The notes under the pieces are model-generated. The model saw nothing but the letters and a program-made list of their open reading frames with translations. It was not told the origin of the DNA and searched no databases. From the UHGV virus genome UHGV-1882326: DNA of 64,000 bases. One strand, 5' to 3'. Made by a program: the position numbers and the translations under genes. Origin of the DNA: a virus. Of the stretch, positions 28,915 through 38,131 are shown piece after piece; the stretch's first letter is position 1; every line of letters begins with the position of its first letter.

Positions 28915-29244
28915 ATGTTTGAAAGGTCATATGCTATTACTATTAAAGATAAACAAGGTAAAATTTATTACCTTACAGAAGAAATGACTTCTAATATTTG
29001 GTCAAGAAAAGACGGAAGTAAAAAAAGTAGTAACGAATATAATTATTTCTTTAGAAAAAGAACAGAAGATGTATGTTTACACAATGTTAAACTTTTTTCA
29101 ACAAAACAGATTGCTAAAGATTTTTGGAACGAAAAATTTGAAAACAATGAAAATGTTTGGAACCAGATTTACAGTTGCTATGATACAAACACACTTGCTG
29201 TTTGTAAAATCGTCCTTGTTAGAAAGGTTGAAGAACTGTTATGA
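28915..29244 (+). CDS. hypothetical protein
   Basis: ORF (track 28879..29244), probable start at MFERSY. Confidence 0.3.
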   Translation: MFERSYAITIKDKQGKIYYLTEEMTSNIWSRKDGSKKSSNEYNYFFRKRTEDVCLHNVKLFSTKQIAKDFWNEKFENNENVWNQIYSCYDTNTLAVCKIVLVRKVEELL

Positions 29245-29546
29245 AATATTATATTAAAACATTCTGTGATATTTATGAAGATGAACAAAAACCCCTTACG
29301 CTAGTTTGGTGTAAGGGGGAATATTACGAAGTATATAGTGAAAGTGATAACTATATATACTGTGATAACGAATATTTAAGAAAACTCAATCAAGATAACT
29401 TGTCTTTAAATAATTATATAGCAAAAGCGTGGTTAAATATTAAAGGCATTGCAAAAGTTAAAGGCAGATTACCATTAAATTTCATTAAACTTTCAGAGGA
29501 AGAAGTTAGTGCAGAAAAGGAGAAAAGTAATGTTAGAGAGAATTAA
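29241..29546 (+). CDS. hypothetical protein (101 aa)
   Basis: ORF overlapping by 4 nt. Confidence 0.3.
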   Translation: MKYYIKTFCDIYEDEQKPLTLVWCKGEYYEVYSESDNYIYCDNEYLRKLNQDNLSLNNYIAKAWLNIKGIAKVKGRLPLNFIKLSEEEVSAEKEKSNVREN

Positions 29547-29994
29547 AAATTGGATAATCAAAGTATGGGATAAGCGTAAGGACAATTTAGAGCCAGAAGA
29601 ATATAATTTATCACATGATAAATTTGCAAAACTTATATTTAATGATATACTTACAATAATACCATCACTTATGCAGTCGGAATATAATACTATTTCAGTT
29701 AATTTTTGCAATATAAAAAAAGAAAGGCTTATTATTCAAGTATTTTGTAATATTTACAGAAATAGCAAAAATTCTAAATTTCAAAGAGAACGTTGTAATA
29801 GAAAAGATTATTATTGGCATTTTGATTTATATATTGATAAAAACAACTTCGGTAGTAGTTATCAACAATTAGTTACTGCTAGAAATATTTTAAAAAGTCT
29901 TACTAAAGAAGAAACACATTATTCACAAGATGAAATAAACAAATTAATGGAAAAAGCTAGGGAATTAGATAGAGAGAATATCGAAAAAATGTAG
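29509..29994 (+). CDS. hypothetical protein (start probably internal MLERIKNW)
   Basis: ORF; RBS AAAAGGAGAAAAG. Confidence 0.3.
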   Translation: MQKRRKVMLERIKNWIIKVWDKRKDNLEPEEYNLSHDKFAKLIFNDILTIIPSLMQSEYNTISVNFCNIKKERLIIQVFCNIYRNSKNSKFQRERCNRKDYYWHFDLYIDKNNFGSSYQQLVTARNILKSLTKEETHYSQDEINKLMEKARELDRENIEKM

Positions 29995-30001
29995 ATAACT
30001 C

Positions 30002-30091
30002 TTGACAATTCAACATATAGTATGTTATAATAAAAACGTGCCTAAATCTAGTGGTTTTATTTAAAATCCGATTAGGCACGTTTTAGTTTTA
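30002..30091 (+). promoter_or_regulatory. nrdD promoter plus palindrome/hairpin leader
   Basis: TTGACA (30002-30007), 18-bp spacer containing palindrome ACATATAGTATGT, TATAAT (30026-30031). Then long inverted repeat AACGTGCCTAAATC (30035-30048) / GATTAGGCACGTT (30070-30082) followed by a T-rich run. About 130 nt more of leader before the ATG. Confidence 0.45.
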
Positions 30092-30221
30092 TGGTAACAC
30101 TTAGTACAAGCGTTCCCGGTTCACAAATGATAAAGTTATCGTGTAAGTAGATTAAATAGGAGTTAGCATGGTTGTAATGCTTGATAACCTATTGCAAAAT
30201 AGAAAGTGAGGTCTTTGTAAA

Positions 30222-32423
30222 ATGGTAATTAAACGAAACGGTCAAAAAGTAAAGTTTGAAAAAAGTAAAATAAGAGAAGCTGTAAAAAAAGCATGGATAG
30301 AAGTTAAAAATGGAATCAATAATAAAGGTAATTCTATTTGTGATTATATTGCAGATGAAATTGAAATTGAATATAAAGAATTAAAAGATGAAATATCTGT
30401 AGAAGAAATTCAAGACAGAGTTGAAGATTTACTTATGGATAGTGGTGAAAAGCAAGTTGCTAGAGCATATATCAGATACAGATATAAAAGAGAACTGGTG
30501 AGAGAACCAAATGAAGAATTATATAAAATGATAGGTGAAAAACTAAACCCTGTTGAGCCAGATAGACAAAACGCCAATGTAGATGGTGAAAGTTTTGGTG
30601 GCAAAGTTGGTTCTATTTCAGACGAAGTATTAAAACAATATGCTTTATATAATTGTATGTCTAAAAAAAGTAGAGAAAATCATTTAAACAACGAAATTTA
30701 CGAACATGATTTAAATTCTTATGCTACTGGTAGTCATAATTGTATAACAATTCCTTTTGATGATTTATTAGCAACTGGATTTACCACTAGACAGACAGAT
30801 GTAAGACCTGCTCAATCTGTTAGTACAGCATTTCAATTAGTAGCAGTAATCTTTCAATTACAAAGTCTAATGCAGTTTGGTGGTGTAGCCGCTTCTCATT
30901 TAGACTGGACAATGGTTCCTTATGTAAGAAAAAGTTTTGGAAAACATTTTAAAGATGGACTTTTATATTGCGAAGATAAACTTTATGATACACCATGGGA
31001 CTATACAGAACATTCTATTGACGAAGAAATTTATAATACTTATCCAAAAGCATATAAATATGCTATGAACATGACTACAAAAGAAGTGTATCAGGCGGTA
31101 GAAGGTATGTATCATAATCTTAATACTTTACAATCAAGAAGTGGCAACCAACTGCCGTTTACATCAATTAATTATGGTACTTGCACATTACCAGAGGGTA
31201 GAATGATTACAAAAGCATTACTTGACACTTCTATTAAAGGTATTGGTAAACTTCATAGAACCTCAATATTTCCTTGTGGAATTTTTCAGTGTATGAAAGG
31301 AGTAAATCAAAAAGAGGGTGAACCAAATTATGATTTGTTTAAACTTGCTTTAAAATCTACGGCACAAAGATTATATCCTAATTACGCTAATGTTGATTGG
31401 AGTGGTAATTTTGGATATGATAAGAATGACCCTAGAACCTATTTTGCAACGATGGGATGCAGGACAGCAAACGGTTGGGATATTAATGGTTTTGGTCAGT
31501 TAAAAGACGGACGAGGAAATATTTGTCCTGTTACAATTATTATGCCAACATTAGCAATGCAAGCAAAAGAAAAAACAAATAACACTTCTGACACAATAAA
31601 AGAATTTATGAAAATACTTAATACTAAAATTTATGAAGCTAAAGATATGTTACTTGAAAGATTTGAATGGATTTGTTCACAATCTCCTACCTCAGCCAAA
31701 TTCATGTATGAAAATAATGTTATGGCTGGGTATGTTCCCGAAGAAGGAATACGTTCGGCATTAAAACATGGAACATTAGCCGTAGGACAAATTGGTTTAG
31801 CAGAAACTCTTCAAATTTTAATCGGAAAAGACCACACAACAGAAGATGGCATGAGATTAGCAAAAGAAATTGAAGGACTTTTTAAACAAAGATGCGATGA
31901 ATTTAAAAAGAAATATATGTTAAATTTTGGAGTCTACCTTACTCCTGCCGAAACGCTATGTTTTACTTCAATGCAAAAATTTAAAGAAAAATATGGAATA
32001 ATTCCTAATGTTTCTGATAAAGAATTTTTCACAAACTCAATTCATGTACCTGTATGGAAAGAAATGACACCTTTTGAAAAAATTGATATAGAATCACAAT
32101 TAACTGGATATAGTTCAGCAGGTTCAATCACTTATGTTGAATTATCTGGTTCTGTAAAAAATAATATAGAAGCATTGGAAACTATTGTAAAATACGCAAT
32201 GGAAAAAGACATTCCTTATTTTGCTGTTAATGTACCTAATGATATGTGTGCTGATTGTGGATATACAGATGAAATAGGAGAAGCTTGTCCTATTTGTGGT
32301 GGTAAGCATATAAAAAGATTAAGACGAGTGACAGGTTACTTAACAGGGGATTATACAACAGCATTTAACAAAGGCAAACAGCAAGAAGTAAAAATGAGAG
32401 CAAAACATATGAAATTTAAATAA
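30222..32423 (+). CDS. nrdD: anaerobic ribonucleoside-triphosphate reductase (class III RNR) NrdD with N-terminal ATP-cone
   Basis: ATP-cone MVIKRNGQKVKFEKSKIREAV. C-terminal Zn-ribbon CADCGY...CPICGG. Glycyl-radical motif RRVTGYLTG. 733 aa. Confidence 0.85.
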   Translation: MVIKRNGQKVKFEKSKIREAVKKAWIEVKNGINNKGNSICDYIADEIEIEYKELKDEISVEEIQDRVEDLLMDSGEKQVARAYIRYRYKRELVREPNEELYKMIGEKLNPVEPDRQNANVDGESFGGKVGSISDEVLKQYALYNCMSKKSRENHLNNEIYEHDLNSYATGSHNCITIPFDDLLATGFTTRQTDVRPAQSVSTAFQLVAVIFQLQSLMQFGGVAASHLDWTMVPYVRKSFGKHFKDGLLYCEDKLYDTPWDYTEHSIDEEIYNTYPKAYKYAMNMTTKEVYQAVEGMYHNLNTLQSRSGNQLPFTSINYGTCTLPEGRMITKALLDTSIKGIGKLHRTSIFPCGIFQCMKGVNQKEGEPNYDLFKLALKSTAQRLYPNYANVDWSGNFGYDKNDPRTYFATMGCRTANGWDINGFGQLKDGRGNICPVTIIMPTLAMQAKEKTNNTSDTIKEFMKILNTKIYEAKDMLLERFEWICSQSPTSAKFMYENNVMAGYVPEEGIRSALKHGTLAVGQIGLAETLQILIGKDHTTEDGMRLAKEIEGLFKQRCDEFKKKYMLNFGVYLTPAETLCFTSMQKFKEKYGIIPNVSDKEFFTNSIHVPVWKEMTPFEKIDIESQLTGYSSAGSITYVELSGSVKNNIEALETIVKYAMEKDIPYFAVNVPNDMCADCGYTDEIGEACPICGGKHIKRLRRVTGYLTGDYTTAFNKGKQQEVKMRAKHMKFK

Positions 32424-32440
32424 AAGGAGAACAAAAATAA

Positions 32441-32995
32441 ATGAATTATGGTGGAATTTATGAATGTGATATTGCCAATGGAATAGGAAATAGAACAGTA
32501 TTGTTTGTATCTGCTTGCGATCATAAATGTGTTGGTTGTCAAAACAAACAAACATGGAATCCTAATTTTGGCAGTCTTTTCACAAAAGGAACATTAGATT
32601 ACATTTTAAATTGTTTATCAAAGCCTTATATAGACGGTATCACCTTAACAGGTGGCGACCCTCTTTATGAGGGTAATCTTGAAACTGTATTAGATATTAT
32701 ACAAACAATTAAAAAACAATTTCCAAACAAAACTATTTGGCTTTATACAGGATATACTTGGAAAGAATTAGAGAAAAATTTTAACGAATATAAATATACT
32801 CCTTTTAGTCCAAGTGCGGATGAATGGCTAACACGTTGGGAAATTGTTAGTTTATGTGATGTTTTAGTAGATGGTAGGTTTGAAAAAGATAAAAAAGATT
32901 TAACATTACCGTTTAGAGGAAGTTCTAACCAACGAGTAATAGATGTAAAACAGACCCTCTCAACTCACACCCTAACACTTTATCAACCAAACTAA
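32441..32995 (+). CDS. nrdG: anaerobic RNR activating protein NrdG (radical SAM)
   Basis: N-terminal GGIYECDIANGIGNRTVLFVSACDHKCVGCQN (NrdG-type Cx3Cx2C cluster). Immediately downstream of nrdD. Confidence 0.75.
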   Translation: MNYGGIYECDIANGIGNRTVLFVSACDHKCVGCQNKQTWNPNFGSLFTKGTLDYILNCLSKPYIDGITLTGGDPLYEGNLETVLDIIQTIKKQFPNKTIWLYTGYTWKELEKNFNEYKYTPFSPSADEWLTRWEIVSLCDVLVDGRFEKDKKDLTLPFRGSSNQRVIDVKQTLSTHTLTLYQPN

Positions 32996-33071
32996 CCAAA
33001 CGCCTGTTACCATGGTTATACTGGTTAGTAACCATATCAGAACAATATTCAACTAAGTAAGCACATAAAAT

Positions 33072-33103
33072 AAACCCTCCGACTTATTGGAGGGTTTTTA
33101 TTT
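33072..33103. terminator. bidirectional rho-independent terminator between convergent nrdG and minus-strand Zn-ribbon genes
   Basis: AAACCCTCC-GACTTATT-GGAGGGTTT flanked by A-run and T-run. Confidence 0.65.
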
Positions 33104-33143
33104 AATCTGTATGAAATTTTAAATCAAAATATTTGTCAATATC

Positions 33144-33416
33144 TTAATCCTTTCCTTTATTTTCGTACATATAAACGCTATGTTCTTGATATATCTTAAT
33201 ATTGTGATTTTCTTCAACTTCTAAATCACAATTAGTATGAAAATCACAAAAAGTACAACTTATAAATCCGCACTCCATAGAGCAACTATCACTTTTCTTA
33301 AATTGCTTAGATAATGTTCCGTCTAGTTTTATTTTATAATCCTCAGTAAATTGCATTATATGATGATATTGTAGTCTACCACCACAAATAGGACATTTGT
33401 TTAAAATCTTAGCCAT
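33144..33416 (-). CDS. Zn-ribbon protein (90 aa)
   Basis: CPICGG...CSMECGFISCTFCDFHTNCD. Confidence 0.35.
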   Translation of the reverse strand: MAKILNKCPICGGRLQYHHIMQFTEDYKIKLDGTLSKQFKKSDSCSMECGFISCTFCDFHTNCDLEVEENHNIKIYQEHSVYMYENKGKD

Positions 33417-33427
33417 TTATATCACCT

Positions 33428-33982
33428 TTAATTAAAATATTTCATTTTTACAATAGTTCCACCTTTTTTAGCACTTTCACTAAAAATTTTATGACAATTA
33501 TCACACACTGTATTTTTATTATCTTTATCTAAAGGTAAACCACAATTATAACACAAATGATTTTCTAATCTATATTGTCTGTTTTTAGTTAGGTCTTTTA
33601 ATTCATTGTTTTTTAAATTATGTCTTTCCCTATCTTTAGCAAGACAAATACCACAACGCACTCTGTTATTCATTGCTTTTCTTTTACCACATTCTACACA
33701 TAAACCTTTTTCTTTTCTTTCTAATTTAACCTTTTTCTTTTGCTCTAAATCTTTGTCACGATATTTTAACTTAAATTCTTTATATTCTTCTTCCGACATT
33801 GATTCTTTTCTTTTTTGTCTACGTTCATATGCTTTTGCCCTACATAATAAACACATTCGTTCATCACCATAAGTACGTTCTTTAAAACAACATGTACATA
33901 AATGATGTTCTAAAGCAAATTTTCTACTATCTTTGCCCCATTGCCTACAATATTGAAGTCTTTTTTCTTTATCTTTATACAT
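33428..33982 (-). CDS. Cys-rich multi-Zn-ribbon protein (184 aa)
   Basis: Repeated CxxC pairs: CTCC, CLLC, CVECGKRK...CGIC, CYNCG...CDNC. Confidence 0.35.
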   Translation of the reverse strand: MYKDKEKRLQYCRQWGKDSRKFALEHHLCTCCFKERTYGDERMCLLCRAKAYERRQKRKESMSEEEYKEFKLKYRDKDLEQKKKVKLERKEKGLCVECGKRKAMNNRVRCGICLAKDRERHNLKNNELKDLTKNRQYRLENHLCYNCGLPLDKDNKNTVCDNCHKIFSESAKKGGTIVKMKYFN

Positions 33983-34161
33983 TCTCTATTCTCCTTTAGT
34001 ATGTTATTTTATATAATAATATTAACACTTTTCATATAAAAAGTCAATAAGATATTAATGGATTTTATTAATAAAAACACTATTGACTTTCGCATAAAGT
34101 AGTGATAAACTTTTAATGTCACAGTAAATATTAATAAAGAAAAGAAAGGAAATAAATTTAT

Positions 34162-34878
34162 ATGAAATATGTAGGTTCTAAAGCAAGATTAGTAAAATAT
34201 ATTGCTCCGATTATTCAGTCTTATATTGACGAAAATAATATAGAAAAATACTGGGAACCATTTGTAGGAGGAGCAAATCTTATAACGCATATTAAATGTA
34301 AAGAACGATTTGGTTCTGATATTAACCCATATCTTATCGCACTTCTTAAACAAACGCAAATTGACGCTTCTATATTTCCTCAAACCGTTTCAGAAGCCGA
34401 ATACAAAGCAGTACAAACAAGTAGAAACGATTATCCAGACTGGTATGTAGGATTTGTTGGATTCGGTTCGTTTGGCGGCAAGTTTTTTGGTGGTTATCCA
34501 AGAGAATTTAAAAATGATGGCATAACACCAAGAAATCTTTTTAATGAACATTATAGAGCATTAATAAAACAAGCACCTTTACTTAAAGATATTCATTTAT
34601 CTTGTTGTGATTTTAGAAGTGCTAAACCTGTGGAAAACTTTGTTATCTATTGTGATATACCCTATAAAGGCACTACAAAATATTCTAATAAAGACCCTTT
34701 TCCTTATAATGAATTTTATAAATGGTGTTTGGAACGTGCTAAAAATAATATAGTTTTAGTTAGCGAGTATTCTATGCCTAAAGATTTTACATGTATTTGG
34801 GAAAAAGAAGTTAATACTATGTTAGATAGTAAAGGAAACGGCAAACCTAGAACAGAAAAATTGTTTATTGTAAAATAA
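34162..34878 (+). CDS. DNA N6-adenine methyltransferase, Dam / D12-class-like
   Basis: N-terminal MKYVGSKARL (YxGSK motif of D12 class). Motif IV-like DIPYKG. Promoter TTGACT at 34084. Confidence 0.6.
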   Translation: MKYVGSKARLVKYIAPIIQSYIDENNIEKYWEPFVGGANLITHIKCKERFGSDINPYLIALLKQTQIDASIFPQTVSEAEYKAVQTSRNDYPDWYVGFVGFGSFGGKFFGGYPREFKNDGITPRNLFNEHYRALIKQAPLLKDIHLSCCDFRSAKPVENFVIYCDIPYKGTTKYSNKDPFPYNEFYKWCLERAKNNIVLVSEYSMPKDFTCIWEKEVNTMLDSKGNGKPRTEKLFIVK

Positions 34879-34879
34879 A

Positions 34880-34912
34880 AGAGAGGAAATATCCTCCCTT
34901 TTATTATTTTTT
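34880..34912. terminator. bidirectional terminator between the two convergent methyltransferase genes
   Basis: AAAAGAGAGG-AAATAT-CCTCCCTTTT. Confidence 0.45.
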
Positions 34913-35425
34913 ATCAATTTCTTTAAACATAATTTTCTTTGGTAACATATTATGACAAATATAAACAGAACTAAAAGGTGGATTTAAACTTGGTTTTTGT
35001 TCGTTATAATCTTTAAAATAAGCAACTCTTTTATTAAAATACATTATTTCAAATTCATTATCTCTAAACATTTCAAAACGTTTTTTGCTTTCAAATAAAC
35101 CTACAACTCCTAATAACATGGCAAAAGGAATATTAAATTCAAACAATCTTTCAAGAACTTCTGTTTTCAAACTGTAGGGTGGATTTGAAATAATATATTT
35201 TGTATTTTCTGGAACTTCTATTTCAAAAAAGTTCTGACCATTTAATAAACTAGAATATACAACCTCATTTGTTTTACTTAATTCTTTTACAAATAAAGAT
35301 TGCTCAGTATCAAAAGGACACCATACCTTCACTGAAGGTGGAATAAATTCTAATATTGGTTTAATAGCATATAAAGGTGTGTAAAACTCATCATTATGGC
35401 TATTTGCAACTTTATCTAATTTCAT
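34904..35425 (-). CDS. small orphan DNA N6-adenine methyltransferase (173 aa)
   Basis: Motif I-like DEFYTP and motif IV NPPY (ISNPPYS). Confidence 0.55.
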   Translation of the reverse strand: MKLDKVANSHNDEFYTPLYAIKPILEFIPPSVKVWCPFDTEQSLFVKELSKTNEVVYSSLLNGQNFFEIEVPENTKYIISNPPYSLKTEVLERLFEFNIPFAMLLGVVGLFESKKRFEMFRDNEFEIMYFNKRVAYFKDYNEQKPSLNPPFSSVYICHNMLPKKIMFKEIDKK

Positions 35426-35476
35426 TTTTTAAATCTCCTTTTAATTTATTATATTTATATATAAATAGCAATACTA

Positions 35477-35794
35477 TTAAGCACCACCACCATATAAATT
35501 TCTATTATCTACTTTTCTATATTCCCAACCAGAATCAACATTATATATTAATTTATCTAAACAACATTTATACTGTGGTTTTAATATATCATAAGAAATA
35601 TCATTGCACCAACCTAATTCAAAATCTCTAATATCAACATAAGTTCTACCTTTAGTTGTTTTCTCTTTAAACCAATTTATTTTTTCTTTCTCTAATATTT
35701 TATCAAATTCTTCAATTACTTTTTCAAAATATTTTATAATATCTGATTCAAAATATTTTACAATAATTTCTCTATCTGCTGAATTATCTTTCAT
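35477..35794 (-). CDS. hypothetical protein (105 aa)
   Basis: ORF. Confidence 0.3.
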   Translation of the reverse strand: MKDNSADREIIVKYFESDIIKYFEKVIEEFDKILEKEKINWFKEKTTKGRTYVDIRDFELGWCNDISYDILKPQYKCCLDKLIYNVDSGWEYRKVDNRNLYGGGA

Positions 35795-35973
35795 ATAATT
35801 TTTCTCCTTTTATATATTTTCTTTTTCTGATTTTTCCACCCATAATCAATTATTCTTTTTACATTATTGGTGTATTTAGGTTTATTTGTATTATATATTA
35901 CACTAATATTTCCTAAATTTAATTCTAAGTTTAATACTTCCACTTTACTATAATTTTCTGTACCAGTTTTCAT
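35791..35973 (-). CDS. hypothetical small protein (60 aa)
   Basis: ORF overlapping by 4 nt. Confidence 0.25.
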   Translation of the reverse strand: MKTGTENYSKVEVLNLELNLGNISVIYNTNKPKYTNNVKRIIDYGWKNQKKKIYKRRKII

Positions 35974-36177
35974 ATACTCACCACCTTTCTTATATAGGAA
36001 TTATACAACACTTCCTATGTAAAATCAATAGTAATTTCACCCCAAATAGTCTGAATATTTAACATTTTTTATACAAAAGTCTAACACATAATTTTATAAA
36101 AACCATTGACTTTTCCTATAAAATATATTATGATTAACATATCAAAGCAATACAAAATAAATCAAAGGAGATTAGAT

Positions 36178-36900
36178 ATGAGTAAAAAATCAACAAGGTT
36201 AAAACCAAAATTCAAAGTAGGTGATATTGTCATAATTAGATTATTACCAGGAATCATTGAGAAATTAGAAAATTGTGGCATATGTTATTGGTGTTCGGAA
36301 AATTTATTGAATATCAATGGTGAAATTATTAAAGTGAACTATAATACCAATTTACCTTATTATGTACGTTTTGATAATGATAAAAAAGATTGTTATTATT
36401 TACCAGAGGACTTACTTGAATTAGCCACAACAGAAAAACTTGTAGCGACAGTTGCAAATGTTAAAAAAATCAAAATCAAATACCATGAACCTATCACACC
36501 ACTTGAAAATATCAACGGTGCAAATTCAGATTGGATTGACTTAAGATGTGCCGAACCTAACGGAGTTGACTTGAAAAATGGTGAATTTAAACTTATATCT
36601 CTTGGTGTAAGTATGGAACTTCCAGATGATTATGAAGCACACATTGTTCCAAGAAGTAGTACATTTAAGACTTGGGGATTATTACAGACAAACCCACATG
36701 CTGTTATCGACAATAGTTACTGTTCAGATACAGATGTGTGGAAATACCCAGTATACGCAACCAGAGATACACATATCGACTTTAATGACCGCCTTTGCCA
36801 GTTCCGTATTGTAAAGAAACAACCTATTATTATTTTTGAAAAAGTAAATCATTTAGATGGAAAAACAAGAGGTGGTTTTGGTAGTAGTGGTGTTAAATAA
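36178..36900 (+). CDS. dut: dUTP diphosphatase (trimeric dUTPase) with roughly 85-aa N-terminal extension
   Basis: dUTPase motifs: motif 3 AVIDNSYCSDTD, motif 5 TRGGFGSSG. ATG 36178 after RBS AAAGGAGATTAGAT. Promoter TTGACT at 36106. Confidence 0.75.
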   Translation: MSKKSTRLKPKFKVGDIVIIRLLPGIIEKLENCGICYWCSENLLNINGEIIKVNYNTNLPYYVRFDNDKKDCYYLPEDLLELATTEKLVATVANVKKIKIKYHEPITPLENINGANSDWIDLRCAEPNGVDLKNGEFKLISLGVSMELPDDYEAHIVPRSSTFKTWGLLQTNPHAVIDNSYCSDTDVWKYPVYATRDTHIDFNDRLCQFRIVKKQPIIIFEKVNHLDGKTRGGFGSSGVK

Positions 36901-36930
36901 AAAATTCTATAAAAAAGGAGAAAAAACATT

Positions 36931-37485
36931 ATGACACTTTTAGAAGCAATCAAAGAAGCAGAAAAGAAACAGAAAAGTTTAGATGCTTGTGGCAAAGTTT
37001 ATATTCGTAGAAAAAGTTGGGAAAATTTAATTGACCCAGTTAGCTTTAGATGGTTTTATGGTGAGCCGCTTTTTAAAAAAGCTGATATTAGTTATACTCC
37101 TAGTAAAGAAAGTTTATTAAGCAATGACTGGGAATTATTTACACGTTATTATTATTCAGAAACAAAAGAAAAAGAGCCTAAACTAGAAACTACAACTATT
37201 TCAAAAGAAAACATTACAAATTCTATTGAGCAGATTATGCTTGTTAAAGGACTCCTCAAAGAAACACTTAAAAACGCAGATTTGATTGTAAAAGTCTTTC
37301 AAACTCGATATGGCATTAATTTTAATGACTTTGTGAAAAAACCAGAACTTATTACAGATAACGAAACAAGATTTTTATACTTGTTCACTAAACTTACAAT
37401 GGAATGTATTGAGAATGTAGGGGGTTGTTTAAATAAAGTTATTGCAGAACTCAGTAATCCAGAAGTAGACGAAAAAACCGAATAG
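36931..37485 (+). CDS. hypothetical protein (184 aa)
   Basis: RBS AAAGGAGAAAAAACATTATG. Confidence 0.35.
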   Translation: MTLLEAIKEAEKKQKSLDACGKVYIRRKSWENLIDPVSFRWFYGEPLFKKADISYTPSKESLLSNDWELFTRYYYSETKEKEPKLETTTISKENITNSIEQIMLVKGLLKETLKNADLIVKVFQTRYGINFNDFVKKPELITDNETRFLYLFTKLTMECIENVGGCLNKVIAELSNPEVDEKTE

Positions 37486-37496
37486 ATACGAATAAG

Positions 37497-37532
37497 TAAA
37501 GAGGGGGCTAACAACCCCCTCTTTTATTTTTG
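37497..37532 (+). terminator. rho-independent terminator
   Basis: AGAGGGGGCT-AACA-ACCCCCTCT followed by TTTATTTTT. Confidence 0.65.
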
Positions 37533-37623
37533 TTAATCAAGTTATCGTTTTTAATGTCGTAATCTTCCTAACTCTTTGTTACTAACTGATACCATGTAAT
37601 TTAATTATGACATTCTGTATAAT

Positions 37624-37652
37624 AAAAAAGAGGGCTGTTTAAACCCTCTTAA
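37624..37652 (-). terminator. rho-independent terminator for the minus-strand lysis operon
   Basis: AAGAGGGCTGTTTAAACCCTCTT preceded on plus strand by A-run (T-run on minus). Confidence 0.55.
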
Positions 37653-37656
37653 TAAT

Positions 37657-37845
37657 TTAACAAAATTTAAAAATTAGCACAAGTAAAACAATTATTATTA
37701 ATATAATTCCTATTATAGATAACAAAGCCTGTGGTTCATTTAAACCAAGGTCTACTATAAAAGCAATAAATATTACAATTAAGAAAAATATAAATATCAC
37801 TGCCACTGCTAAGAGCATTAAACCAACGATTGATAACATACTCAA
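37657..37845 (-). CDS. small two-TM membrane protein (62 aa), holin/antiholin-like
   Basis: Two hydrophobic helices; follows the endolysin and the other small TM protein. Confidence 0.35.
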   Translation of the reverse strand: MSMLSIVGLMLLAVAVIFIFFLIVIFIAFIVDLGLNEPQALLSIIGIILIIIVLLVLIFKFC

Positions 37846-37912
37846 AAGTTATTTCTCCTTTAAACCTTTATTTATTGAACCTCACACCACTAAAGTAACG
37901 AGTGTTCTCGCC

Positions 37913-38104
37913 TTATTTAATAAAAACAGCTATAAGCATTGTCACCGTAGCAAATACTGATAAATAAGTAACAGCCTTTGCAAGTATAACAGCATAGTCA
38001 TAATTACGTTTAGAAGAACTAATCATAAATATAATTACAAGTAAAATAAATGCAAATATTAAACTTAAAATAGAAATTGCCGATAAAGTAGAAGCTGTAC
38101 TCAT
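37913..38104 (-). CDS. small two-TM membrane protein (63 aa), holin candidate
   Basis: Two TM segments with a charged loop SSSKRNYDY. Immediately downstream of the endolysin. Confidence 0.4.
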   Translation of the reverse strand: MSTASTLSAISILSLIFAFILLVIIFMISSSKRNYDYAVILAKAVTYLSVFATVTMLIAVFIK

Positions 38105-38131
38105 ATTTTTATTTTCCTTTCGCTTTTTATC

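Noticed and set aside
30002-30221. Cobalamin riboswitch upstream of the ribonucleotide reductase
   Set aside because: No B12-box (rAGYCMGgAgaCCkGCc-like) or other conserved riboswitch core. nrdD is an anaerobic class III enzyme, usually under NrdR rather than B12 control. Kept only as an unclassified structured leader.
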